Positions 28,218 through 37,045 of a DNA stretch of 64,000 nt are shown here, in pieces. Source of the stretch: an uncultured bacterium. Its GTDB lineage: Bacteria > Bacteroidota > Rhodothermia > Balneolales > DATFMH01. A program made the translations under genes and the position numbers. The DNA lies in the NCBI GenBank assembly GCA_963712305.1, contig CAVQHI010000002.1, positions 1,212,836 through 1,276,835 of the forward strand, read 5' to 3'. The notes under the pieces were generated by a model, which saw only the letters and a program-made list of their open reading frames with translations, was not told the DNA's origin and ran no database searches. Numbering within the stretch: the first letter of the stretch is position 1; every line of letters begins with the position of its first letter.

Positions 28218-30395
28218 ATGTATTTTAGAAAAGTAGACAGTAAATGGGACGACGATAAAGCAAAGGGGCTTGATCTGCAGGATCGGTTGGTGTACAGATC
28301 AAATCTGATTGGTAGTGATTCCTACATTAATAATACTGGCGGTGGAAATACGTCCAGTAAAATCGTAGAAAAGGATCCTGTAACAAATGAAGAAGTTGAA
28401 GTCCTTTGGGTGAAGGGATCCGGTGGCGATCTCAGAACGGCAAAGAGGCCAAATTTTGCGTCTCTTTACCAAGAGAAGCTTATTAAACTCAAGGATGTAT
28501 ACGATGGGTTTGAGCAAAAGGGCCCAAAGACACCTGCTGAGGATAAGATGGTGAGCTATTATCCACACTGCACCTTCAATCTGAATCCGAGAGCTCCATC
28601 GATCGACACACCGCTTCACAGTTTCATTCCATATAAATATGTTGATCACACTCACCCTGTGCCCTGCATCGCCATTGCGACGGCGGATAACGGGAAAGAG
28701 TTGACGAAAAAAATTTACGGCGACGAAGTAGTATGGGTAGATTGGCTGCGTCCGGGGTTTGAGCTTGGTTTGGAACTACAGGAAGCGGTCAAAAACAACC
28801 CGGGGATTCGTGGAATTATCCTTGGGGGTCATGGCCTGATTAACTGGGCGAATGATGACAAGGAATGTTACCTGACCAGTCTCGAACTGATCAACAGGGC
28901 AGCTGAATATCTTGCAAAGCATGAAAAAGGCGATGACACTTTCGGAGGCGCCCAATATCAGTCTCTGCCGCAGGAAAAAAGAGATGAGGTCCTTTTCGAT
29001 ATCATGCCGTTTATACGCGGTCAAATTAGCCAGGACAAGCGCCTGATCGGTACCGTGCAGTATGATGATACCGTTCTGCAGTTCATCAATTCAAACGATG
29101 CTGAACGACTGGCGGAATTAGGAACATCATGTCCCGATCACTTCCTTCGTACCAAGATCAAACCGTTGTATGTTGATTGGAATCCGCAAAAAAACTCTGT
29201 AGATGTCCTGAAAGAACGGATAACCTCCGGTCTGGACCAATATCGTAAAGATTACCAGGCGTATTATGAAAATCATAAAAGGGAAGATTCGCCTGCAATC
29301 AGAAATCCGAACCCGTCAGTTATTCTTGTTCCGGGTATCGGAATGATTACGTGGGGAAAGAATAAAAGTGAATCGCGCGTCACTGCTGAATTCTACAACG
29401 CAGCAATTGGTGTCATGCGCGGGGCTGAGTCTGTTGGAAAATACACTGCTCTGCCAAAGCAAGAGGCATTCGATATTGAGTACTGGGCTTTGGAAGAAGC
29501 CAAACTGAGGAGAATGCCACCTGAAAAAGAACTTTCCCGAAAGATCGTAGCCGTATTTGGTGCAGGCAGTGGCATCGGTAAAGCTGCAGTACCCCGTTTT
29601 GTTAAAGAAGGGGCTACTGTCGTGGCTGTGGATCTGAATGAAGACGCCGCCAAAGAAACCGCAGATGAAGTGCTTGGTCAAGTTGGAATGGGTATTGGCG
29701 TAGCCGGTTCAGGCCTCAGCGGATCCGGTGATATCATTGGCATGGGTTGCGATATAACCAGCAGAGACTCAATTAAAAAGGCACTCAGTAAAATCGTGCT
29801 TGCCTATGGCGGACTCGATAATATCGTTGTAACCGCTGGTATCTATGCGACTCCCGGTGGTAACGGCAAAGTAAAAGATGATGACTGGGACAAGAGTTTT
29901 TCCGTAAATGTTAAGGGAAGTTACCTGATAGCGGATGAAACCAAAGTGCTATGGCAAAAGCAAAATCTCAGCGGAAGCATGGTGATAACTACCAGTGTGA
30001 ATGGTGTTGTTGCCAAGAAGGGAAGCCTGGCTTATGATACCAGTAAGGCAGCAGCCAATCATCTGATTCGTGAAATGGCGATCGAACATGCACCCCTGAT
30101 TAGAATAAACGGCGTTGCACCGGCTACCGTCGTAGAGGGAAGCGGCATGTTTCCACGCGATCGTGTAATCGCCTCATTGACGAAATATGGCATTAATTTC
30201 AAGGACGATGATGATACGGAAACACTTCGTGACCATCTGATGGAATTCTACGCGAGCCGAACCCTTACCAATCGTCCCATAACCCTGGAGCAGCAGGTTG
30301 AAGCATTGTACCTGTTGTTAAGTTCACGACTGGAGAATACCACCGGTCATATCATACCGGTCGACGGTGGAATAATTGAAGCCTTCATGAGATGA
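28218..30395 (+). CDS. rhaEW: Bifunctional L-rhamnulose-1-phosphate aldolase / L-lactaldehyde dehydrogenase (RhaEW-type fusion)
   Basis: 725 aa. The N-terminal part is a class II aldolase/adducin-like domain (GGGNTSSK..LWVKGSGGDL..VDHTHP..GGHGLINW). The C-terminal part is an SDR domain (VAVFGAGSGIGKA, NNAG-like VVTAGI, YDTSKAA). It is flanked by rhaI and rhaB. Confidence 0.88.
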   Translation: MYFRKVDSKWDDDKAKGLDLQDRLVYRSNLIGSDSYINNTGGGNTSSKIVEKDPVTNEEVEVLWVKGSGGDLRTAKRPNFASLYQEKLIKLKDVYDGFEQKGPKTPAEDKMVSYYPHCTFNLNPRAPSIDTPLHSFIPYKYVDHTHPVPCIAIATADNGKELTKKIYGDEVVWVDWLRPGFELGLELQEAVKNNPGIRGIILGGHGLINWANDDKECYLTSLELINRAAEYLAKHEKGDDTFGGAQYQSLPQEKRDEVLFDIMPFIRGQISQDKRLIGTVQYDDTVLQFINSNDAERLAELGTSCPDHFLRTKIKPLYVDWNPQKNSVDVLKERITSGLDQYRKDYQAYYENHKREDSPAIRNPNPSVILVPGIGMITWGKNKSESRVTAEFYNAAIGVMRGAESVGKYTALPKQEAFDIEYWALEEAKLRRMPPEKELSRKIVAVFGAGSGIGKAAVPRFVKEGATVVAVDLNEDAAKETADEVLGQVGMGIGVAGSGLSGSGDIIGMGCDITSRDSIKKALSKIVLAYGGLDNIVVTAGIYATPGGNGKVKDDDWDKSFSVNVKGSYLIADETKVLWQKQNLSGSMVITTSVNGVVAKKGSLAYDTSKAAANHLIREMAIEHAPLIRINGVAPATVVEGSGMFPRDRVIASLTKYGINFKDDDDTETLRDHLMEFYASRTLTNRPITLEQQVEALYLLLSSRLENTTGHIIPVDGGIIEAFMR

Positions 30396-30679
30396 CTCAT
30401 GGGGGCTTCAACCCCTTGCCTCATTCAGTTAAATACGGTTACTTAACAGATAACAGACCAAATATTATGAAATCACCACTTCGGACATTATATATTATTT
30501 TATCGATGATCGGTCTGGGTCTAACCGTTATACCATCATTTTTGGTGTTTAACGGGGTGATCTCGTTGCATACCCACAAGCAACTCATGTTTGCGGGAAC
30601 CGTGTTGTGGTTCATTACCGCTCCATTTTGGGTTGGCAAAAAGAATAAAGATCAATCAACAGTTACTGATAATCAATAA
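30392..30679 (+). CDS. Small hypothetical membrane protein (2 TM)
   Basis: Its ATG overlaps the rhaEW stop (ATGA at 30392-30395). The alternative start at 30467 gives MKSPLRTLYIILSMIGLGLTVIPSFLVFNG..LMFAGTVLWFITAPFWVGKK. I recognise no family. Confidence 0.45.
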   Translation: MTHGGFNPLPHSVKYGYLTDNRPNIMKSPLRTLYIILSMIGLGLTVIPSFLVFNGVISLHTHKQLMFAGTVLWFITAPFWVGKKNKDQSTVTDNQ

Positions 30680-30725
30680 TTAGCTATCAGAAATTATAAA
30701 GAAGTCCGGGGTTTTGGTGAAACGC

Positions 30726-30736
30726 ATGAATTAGTT
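30726..30736 (+). promoter_or_regulatory. ATGAATTAGTT element upstream of rhaI
   Basis: The same 11-mer occurs at 57577-57587 (upstream of lutA), and the 10-mer occurs at 58479-58488 (upstream of lutB). This copy lies 50 nt before the rhaI ATG. Confidence 0.3.
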
Positions 30737-30785
30737 GATACTGTTCATCTCTCAAGACCCATGACTCAAGACTATAAGTTAAGCG

Positions 30786-32069
30786 ATGAAACTTGAACAA
30801 CAGCAGATTGCAGATCAGAACAAATCTTTAGGACAAAGTCATAAAGAAGAATTTTCAATCCTTTCCAACAAACTGATCGGGAAGGGCTTCGATGTCGAAG
30901 AGATCATTACAAAAATAAACGAGTTACAAATAGCGATACCGAGTTGGGCCCTTGGTTCGGGTGGGACACGGTTTGCCCGATTCCCAACTGGTGGAGAACC
31001 CGGCAACCTGGATGAGAAGATCGAAGATGTCGGTCTGTTGCATGCACTGTCTGCATCATGCGACTCCATTTCATTGCATATACCCTGGGATATTCCAGAC
31101 GACAATGAGCGTGTAAGGGAGTTAGCCCGTTCATACGGACTGGAGTTTGATGCTGTTAATTCAAACACTTTCCAGGATCAAAAGGACCAGGAATACTCAT
31201 ACAAATATGGTTCTCTTTCGCATACGGATCGGAATGTGAGAAAGCAGGCGATTGAGCATAACAAGGAAGTTATCGATTATGGTGTAGCGCTTGGCTCGAA
31301 GGCTTTGACTGTCTGGCTCGCCGACGGGGCTTGTTTTCCCGGACAGAGTCACTTTAAAAGGGCTTTTCAGCGGACCCTGGAATCGCTTCACGAGATTTAT
31401 GATCATCTGCCGTCTGATTGGAAGGTGTATATCGAATACAAACCGTACGAACCCAATTTTTACTCAACGGTTATACAGGACTGGGGTACATCTTTTCTTC
31501 TTGCAAACAAGCTGGGCGAAAAAGCCTACACACTGGTCGATTTGGGACATCATCTCCCAAATACAAATATCGAGCAGATTGTCGCCACCTTGTTGATGGA
31601 AGGGAAGTTGGGTGGATTTCATTTTAACGATTCGAAATACGGTGATGACGATTTAACGGTAGGGGCTATCAAGCCTTTCCAGTTGTTCCTGATTTTCAAT
31701 GAGCTCGTGGATGGAATGGAATCGCCTGATTCGAAGAATCCACCGTTGGCCTGGATGATCGATGCCAGTCATAATGTGAAAGACCCGCTGGAAGATCTGT
31801 TGCAGTCGGTTGAGTCTATTAATATCGCCTATACCCAGGCTCTGTTGGTCGACCGGAAGGAGCTTCGTGCTCATCAGGAATCGAACGATGTGGTAAGGGC
31901 TCAGGATTTGCTTCAGGATGTTTACCGTACAGATGTGAGACCCTTGGTTCGGGAAGCCAGAAGAAGGGCTGGTGGAGCACTAAATCCAATCGATGCCTAT
32001 CGTTCATTTGATTGCAGGAAACATCTGATAGAGATACGTGGTATCCATACTGTAGCCACCGGTTTATAA
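30786..32069 (+). CDS. rhaI: L-rhamnose isomerase, Pseudomonas stutzeri/Rhizobium type (xylose-isomerase-like TIM barrel)
   Basis: It matches my memory of P. stutzeri L-RhI closely: PSW..G.GGTRFARFP, SLHIPWD, NSNTF, YKYGSLSH, GSKALTVW, YEPNFYSTVIQDWGT, VDLGHH.PNTNIE, KLGGFHFNDSKYGDDDL and YRTDV.P...EARRR.GGA. Confidence 0.9.
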   Translation: MKLEQQQIADQNKSLGQSHKEEFSILSNKLIGKGFDVEEIITKINELQIAIPSWALGSGGTRFARFPTGGEPGNLDEKIEDVGLLHALSASCDSISLHIPWDIPDDNERVRELARSYGLEFDAVNSNTFQDQKDQEYSYKYGSLSHTDRNVRKQAIEHNKEVIDYGVALGSKALTVWLADGACFPGQSHFKRAFQRTLESLHEIYDHLPSDWKVYIEYKPYEPNFYSTVIQDWGTSFLLANKLGEKAYTLVDLGHHLPNTNIEQIVATLLMEGKLGGFHFNDSKYGDDDLTVGAIKPFQLFLIFNELVDGMESPDSKNPPLAWMIDASHNVKDPLEDLLQSVESINIAYTQALLVDRKELRAHQESNDVVRAQDLLQDVYRTDVRPLVREARRRAGGALNPIDAYRSFDCRKHLIEIRGIHTVATGL

Positions 32070-32086
32070 TTCGGGAATGTGGCGAT

Positions 32087-32149
32087 AGGGAAATAAGGGA
32101 ATAGGGGTGTAGTTACAAATCCACACCACCGGTCACCCTATTTCCTTAG
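32087..32149 (+). other. Long imperfect hairpin with tandem TAGGGAA-like octamers between rhaI and rhaB
   Basis: The tandem octamers TAGGGAAA TAAGGGAA TAGGGGTG span 32087-32110. The arm TAAGGGAATAGGGGTG (32095-32110) pairs with CACCCTATTTCCTTA (32135-32149), and there is an inner GGTGT/ACACC stem. Confidence 0.5.
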
Positions 32150-32214
32150 TACGTATATCCTTATACCCTGAACCGTTTCACATTAATTTATGATTGCAGC
32201 CTATTAAAATTAGT

Positions 32215-33636
32215 ATGTCAAGTAACACTGTACCCGTAACGGCCATCTTCGATATTGGGAAGACAAACAAGAAATTCCTGCTGTTCGACGAGTCGTATAA
32301 TGTGATTCATCGAAGCCAGGCTGCTATTCCATTAACTGTTGATGACGATGGAGATTCATGTGACGATTTACAAGTGGTAATCGACTGGATGTATGAGACC
32401 TTTGAAAGGATTATTGATGATGAGCGTTTTACGATCAAAGCAGTGAATTTCACTACCTATGGAGCCAGCTTGGTACACCTCGACGATGACGGAAACGTAG
32501 TCACTCCACTCTATGATTATCTGAAGGCTTATCCAGAAGATTTGATAAAAGAATTTTATGCAAAGTATGGAGGGAAAGAAGCTTTTTCATTAGCCACGGC
32601 CTCCCCATCACTTGGAATGTTGAATTCGGGGCTCCAATTATATTGGCTCAAAAATGAAAAACCGGATGCCTTTAAAAAGATTACCCACTCACTTCACCTC
32701 CCACAATTTGCAAGTTATCTGTTTACAAAATATCTCTGTTCGGAATTAACAAGCATTGGCTGCCACACCGCATTGTGGGACTTCAGAGATGGTACATATC
32801 ACAAATGGGTAAGGCAGGAGGGAATTGAGCCATTATTACCGCCTATAGTTTCTGCAACAGAACACAGGTCAATCAACTATAAAGGCAATGATATTGTTTC
32901 CGGTGTCGGGGTACACGACAGTTCCGCCTCGCTGGCACCTTACCTGATGGCACTGGATGAACCGTTTCTGCTCGTTTCAACCGGTACTTGGAGCATCACG
33001 CTGAATCCATTTAACAAAGCACTTTTGAGTAATGAAGAGCTGGACAGGGATTGTCTGAATTTTATGAACGTTTACGGGGAACAAGTGAGAGCATCACGGT
33101 TTCTGCTTGGTAAAGAATATGAGCACCAGAAAGAGAGACTGAAGAAACAATTTGGTGTCTCATCATATGAACAGGATCTCTCCCCCGATGTGTCATTAAT
33201 AGAAAAAGTGATTGAAGGTGTGAACAAAAGCAAGCTGATTCTTGAGACGGTTGGCGGTTCAGGGCCCTATCCACAAGCTTCTGAAGCTACCTGGGATATT
33301 AACGCTTTCGACTCCTATGAAGAAGCATATCATCAACTGATGATAGATCTCGTCAGCATACAGGCAGATTCTATCAAATTAACCATGGACGGTAAAGATA
33401 TCCGCAAGATTATTGTAACGGGAGGATTCAGCAATAATCGCATGTTTATGCAGCTGCTGGCTTCCATGTTTCCCGACAAACACGTGTACACGGCGAACCT
33501 GTCCGATTCAACAGCTTTGGGTGCGGCCCTTCTAATGAAAGACGCGAAAGAGATTAATCCTAACGATTTTCTGGAGCTTAAGAAAACCAATCCACTAGCT
33601 AATACTCGTTTAGCTGATTATGAATGGCATGATTAG
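32215..33636 (+). CDS. rhaB: FGGY-family carbohydrate kinase, rhamnulokinase by context
   Basis: The ORF is tracked from TTG 32194, and the ATG at 32215 gives MSSNTVPVTAIFDIGKTNKKFLLFD (FGGY N-terminal motif). It has GVHDSSASL, the C-terminal VTGGFSNN and ALGAAL, and sits in the rhaEW-rhaI-rhaB context. Confidence 0.8.
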   Translation: MSSNTVPVTAIFDIGKTNKKFLLFDESYNVIHRSQAAIPLTVDDDGDSCDDLQVVIDWMYETFERIIDDERFTIKAVNFTTYGASLVHLDDDGNVVTPLYDYLKAYPEDLIKEFYAKYGGKEAFSLATASPSLGMLNSGLQLYWLKNEKPDAFKKITHSLHLPQFASYLFTKYLCSELTSIGCHTALWDFRDGTYHKWVRQEGIEPLLPPIVSATEHRSINYKGNDIVSGVGVHDSSASLAPYLMALDEPFLLVSTGTWSITLNPFNKALLSNEELDRDCLNFMNVYGEQVRASRFLLGKEYEHQKERLKKQFGVSSYEQDLSPDVSLIEKVIEGVNKSKLILETVGGSGPYPQASEATWDINAFDSYEEAYHQLMIDLVSIQADSIKLTMDGKDIRKIIVTGGFSNNRMFMQLLASMFPDKHVYTANLSDSTALGAALLMKDAKEINPNDFLELKKTNPLANTRLADYEWHD

Positions 33637-33686
33637 GCGGAAAGTATCCGACGTTAAGTTGTTAACCTATTTTAGACTAACGACAT

Positions 33687-34655
33687 TTACTTCTTCACAA
33701 GAGTGCTCGCTGTAATGATATCTGTGATAAGCACATCAATATAACCACCACGCAATGCTCCTTTAATCGCTTCAATCTTACTCTTACCGCCTGCGATAGC
33801 AACAACGTTCTTTATGTTTTTAAGTTGGTTCAGATCAATCCCGATTAACCGTTCTTCTAATGTGGTCTTCACAGGTTTACCATTCTTATCGAAAAAGCGC
33901 AGGCTAATGTCTCCAACCGCTTTATTCTCTAATAGTTTGTCTCTCGTCTCAGGATCGACCAATCCGTTTTCAGTTTCAAGAACCGGATTCGTTGAGAGCG
34001 AACCAATACCAATAAAAGCTTTTGTAACTTTCGGGAAAAGATCATAGGCACTTTTCACCTGGTTATCTGACAGGAGAGCTTTCCGGGACTCGGGATTACT
34101 CGCTATCCCGGGTGCCGGTAACAAGGTAAGACTGCCATAAAATAAATGTGCAACGCGCCGCGACAGATCGGCAGCATGCGCCTTTGCTTCAGGAGGTCCG
34201 ACGCCGCCGAGTAGTTGTACAATGTGCAGATCTTCAATCTGCTGAGGTCGAATGGATTCTACCATTTCCTGAAGAGTCGTTCCCCAGGTAACACCTAAGA
34301 CATCACCTTTAGTAATGATCCGTTGCAAGTAGCTTGCAGCTTCAGCACCCATTTGACGCTTCAAAAAAGGACTCTCTTCGGAATATGAATCTGAATCAAT
34401 GTCAACGATTACAACCTCTTTCAGATGATATTTTTCTTCAAGCTTGACTTCAAGGTTTACGTAGTTTTTATCTGAATAATTTACAGTGATTCTAACTACG
34501 CCTCGTTCCCGTGCTTCCTTGAGCAGGCGTGAAACTTTGGGACGAGACAAACTTAATTTATTTGCGATCTCCAGTTGACTGTAATTCTGATGGTAGTAAA
34601 GAGAAGCAACCTTGCTGAGCAGGCGAAAATCAATAGCATTAATCGTTCGAGGCAT
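33687..34655 (-). CDS. SorC/DeoR-family sugar-binding transcriptional regulator
   Basis: The N-terminal HTH reads LLSKVASLYYHQNYSQLEIANKLSLSRPKVSRLLKEARERGVVRITV. A C-terminal SorC-type sugar-phosphate-binding domain follows (LGVTWGTTL, GIGS, DVLITD). It is convergent with rhaB. Confidence 0.88.
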   Translation of the reverse strand: MPRTINAIDFRLLSKVASLYYHQNYSQLEIANKLSLSRPKVSRLLKEARERGVVRITVNYSDKNYVNLEVKLEEKYHLKEVVIVDIDSDSYSEESPFLKRQMGAEAASYLQRIITKGDVLGVTWGTTLQEMVESIRPQQIEDLHIVQLLGGVGPPEAKAHAADLSRRVAHLFYGSLTLLPAPGIASNPESRKALLSDNQVKSAYDLFPKVTKAFIGIGSLSTNPVLETENGLVDPETRDKLLENKAVGDISLRFFDKNGKPVKTTLEERLIGIDLNQLKNIKNVVAIAGGKSKIEAIKGALRGGYIDVLITDIITASTLVKK

Positions 34656-35181
34656 TAATCCGCTCTTACCTAATTATTTAATGTAATTAAAGTTCATCAG
34701 TGGAAAGTTATTTTCGTATACATTCCAGGTAGCCTGCTCATCGCATCATAAATAAAAGTAATTCCGTTAATTTCCACAAAAGGATTAACCAACTCCTTAT
34801 GTAAGCAAATAAGAGTACGCCCCAAATAGACGAAACAACTCAACAAATCGACAGAGAAATAATACGTTATAATTGGCTATTTGACAATTATATTCATGCC
34901 ATCTGAGTCCTTTTTTTTAACTATTATGTACAGGGATATTTGGTACTTACAACCAAATGAATAAGATAAAGAATTCAGATGTCTTCTTGTTATTTTTTTA
35001 TAGACCTTGTCAAAGGATCTGCAAAAAGAAGATGAGAGTAATTTGATGATTACATCAAAAAAGTGAATGATGAAGAGTTACTAATAACGTTGATCTTTTA
35101 CTCATTTGTGAGTAGCGTTTCTTCATATTTGACACTCTATATAGTATCGCGCGCCTTTCATTTAACAACCAGGGTATATGT

Positions 35182-36954
35182 ATGAAAACAAGTCAATTGT
35201 TTATCCTGTTCGCGGCAATTTTCTTATGGCAGGGTTGCCGGTCGAACGAGAAGAGCAATCTGAATAGCATGGAACAGCCTGATTCAACACACGCATGGTG
35301 GAAAGAAGCAGTCGTTTATGAGGTATATCCGAGGAGTTTCAAGGATAGCAATGGAGATGGGATAGGCGACTTGAAAGGTATTGAGCAGAAGCTCGATTAT
35401 CTGAAAGATCTTGGTGTTGATGTCATATGGCTATGTCCCATATACCGTTCGCCGAATGTCGACAACGGATATGATATCAGCGATTATTACCACATAATGA
35501 AGGATTTTGGTACAATGGCTGATTTTGACAGCCTGTTGGCCGGCGTGAAAAAGCGGAATATGAAGCTCATCATGGACTTGGTTGTCAATCATACTTCCGA
35601 TCAGCATCATTGGTTTCAGGAATCGAGAAAGTCTAAAGATAATCCGTATCGTGATTACTACTTCTGGCGCGATCCGGCCCCAAATGACGGTCCTCCCAAT
35701 AATTGGGTTTCTTACTTTGGGGGAAGCGCATGGACCCTTGATAAGACCACAAATCAGTATTACCTGCATCTGTTTGCAGTAGAGCAGCCGGATCTGAACT
35801 GGGATAACTCAGCCGTTCGTGACAGCGTCTTTAAGATGATGAGGTATTGGCTTGACAAAGGGATTGACGGTTTTCGAATGGATGTCGTTTCGCTCTATTC
35901 AAAGAAGAAAGGACTGCCGGACTTTCCTCAAAATTTTGATGGCGATTTCCCGCATTTCTATGCGAACGGTCCGCACGAGCACGAGTATTTGAGAGAAATG
36001 AATCGTCTCGTGCTTAGTAAATATGATATCATGACGGTAGGAGAGGCTTCAGGTGTAAAATTGGACGAGGCACCATTGTACGTATCTCCGGATCGTCATG
36101 AACTTGACATGATTTTTCAGTTCGAGCTAATGAGATTAGGTCGAAGTCGAAGCAGTAAGAATGGAAATAGGGGATGGACACTTCCAGAGTTTAAAAATGT
36201 TTTTGCTCGATGGGATAGTGCCCTGGCCGGCAGAGGCTGGAATAGTATCTTTCTCGGAAATCACGATGTGCCACGAGTAGTTTCCCGTTTTGGAAATGAC
36301 AAGGGATATCGTGTCCAGTCTGCCAAACTGTTTGCGACATTGCTAATGACCATGAGGGGAACTCCCTATATCTATCAGGGCGACGAACTTGGAATGACCA
36401 ATGCGCCCTTTAAGACTATCCGCGACTTCCGGGATATTGCAACTATTAACGGATATAATGAAGTGAAAGCTAAAGGCGGCGATTTAAACGCATTCATTGA
36501 AAATCAACGGAAGTTTGGCCGGGATAACTCACGGACTCCATTACAGTGGACTGGACAAAAGAATGCAGGATTCACAACTGGCAAACCATGGATCATGGTG
36601 AATCCCAATGATTCGGTTATTAACGCTGCCGCTGAAGCCGAAGATTCTACGTCCGTGCTCAATTACTACAAGCTTATCATAAGGTTACGTCACGAACATC
36701 CAACACTCGTTTATGGTGATTTTAATATCATAGCCCGGGATAATCCTGATGTTTTTGCCTACACGCGATCTGAAGGGGATGATCAGTACCTTGTGCTGCT
36801 TAACATGTCCGACAGTACTAATGTTTTTCGACCGCCGGTTGAAATAAGCAGCATGTCTCGTCATCTGTTGATGGATAACTACATCGACATCCAGGATCTC
36901 TCCGGTCCCACAATCAAAATGCGGCCCTGGGAATCGCTGGTGTTTAAAATGTAA
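35182..36954 (+). CDS. GH13 alpha-glucosidase / oligo-1,6-glucosidase-like lipoprotein
   Basis: It has WWKEAVVYEVYPRSFKDSNGDGIGDLKG and the GH13 conserved regions DLVVNHTS, GFRMDVV, MTVGEA and FLGNHDVPR. The leader is FLWQGC. Confidence 0.9.
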   Translation: MKTSQLFILFAAIFLWQGCRSNEKSNLNSMEQPDSTHAWWKEAVVYEVYPRSFKDSNGDGIGDLKGIEQKLDYLKDLGVDVIWLCPIYRSPNVDNGYDISDYYHIMKDFGTMADFDSLLAGVKKRNMKLIMDLVVNHTSDQHHWFQESRKSKDNPYRDYYFWRDPAPNDGPPNNWVSYFGGSAWTLDKTTNQYYLHLFAVEQPDLNWDNSAVRDSVFKMMRYWLDKGIDGFRMDVVSLYSKKKGLPDFPQNFDGDFPHFYANGPHEHEYLREMNRLVLSKYDIMTVGEASGVKLDEAPLYVSPDRHELDMIFQFELMRLGRSRSSKNGNRGWTLPEFKNVFARWDSALAGRGWNSIFLGNHDVPRVVSRFGNDKGYRVQSAKLFATLLMTMRGTPYIYQGDELGMTNAPFKTIRDFRDIATINGYNEVKAKGGDLNAFIENQRKFGRDNSRTPLQWTGQKNAGFTTGKPWIMVNPNDSVINAAAEAEDSTSVLNYYKLIIRLRHEHPTLVYGDFNIIARDNPDVFAYTRSEGDDQYLVLLNMSDSTNVFRPPVEISSMSRHLLMDNYIDIQDLSGPTIKMRPWESLVFKM

Positions 36955-36973
36955 GCTTTTACCAGTGAAAACA

Positions 36974-37020
36974 GTTGTTAGTTGTTAGTTGATAGATCGT
37001 GGTTTCTAACAACTAACAAC
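36974..37020. terminator. Bidirectional terminator hairpin built from GTTGTTA heptads
   Basis: GTTGTTAGTTGTTAG (36974-36988) pairs perfectly with CTAACAACTAACAAC (37006-37020), giving a 15-bp stem and a 17-nt loop. It lies between the convergent GH13 and GH29 genes. Confidence 0.7.
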
Positions 37021-37045
37021 TATCAATCTCACTACAGATTTCTGT

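Noticed and set aside
34656-35181. The 526-bp non-coding gap between the SorC regulator and the GH13 gene, including a 29-codon ORF (MNKIKNSDVFLLFFYRPCQRICKKKMRVI*).
   Set aside because: The ORF has no ribosome-binding context and no recognisable peptide features, and I found no repeats shared with other regions. It is probably just promoter DNA for the divergent genes.
36974-37020. Heptad repeats GTTGTTA/TAACAAC, considered as a possible CRISPR-like or tandem-repeat array.
   Set aside because: There are only two to three units per arm, the arms are mutually complementary, and there are no spacers. This is a hairpin terminator, not an array.
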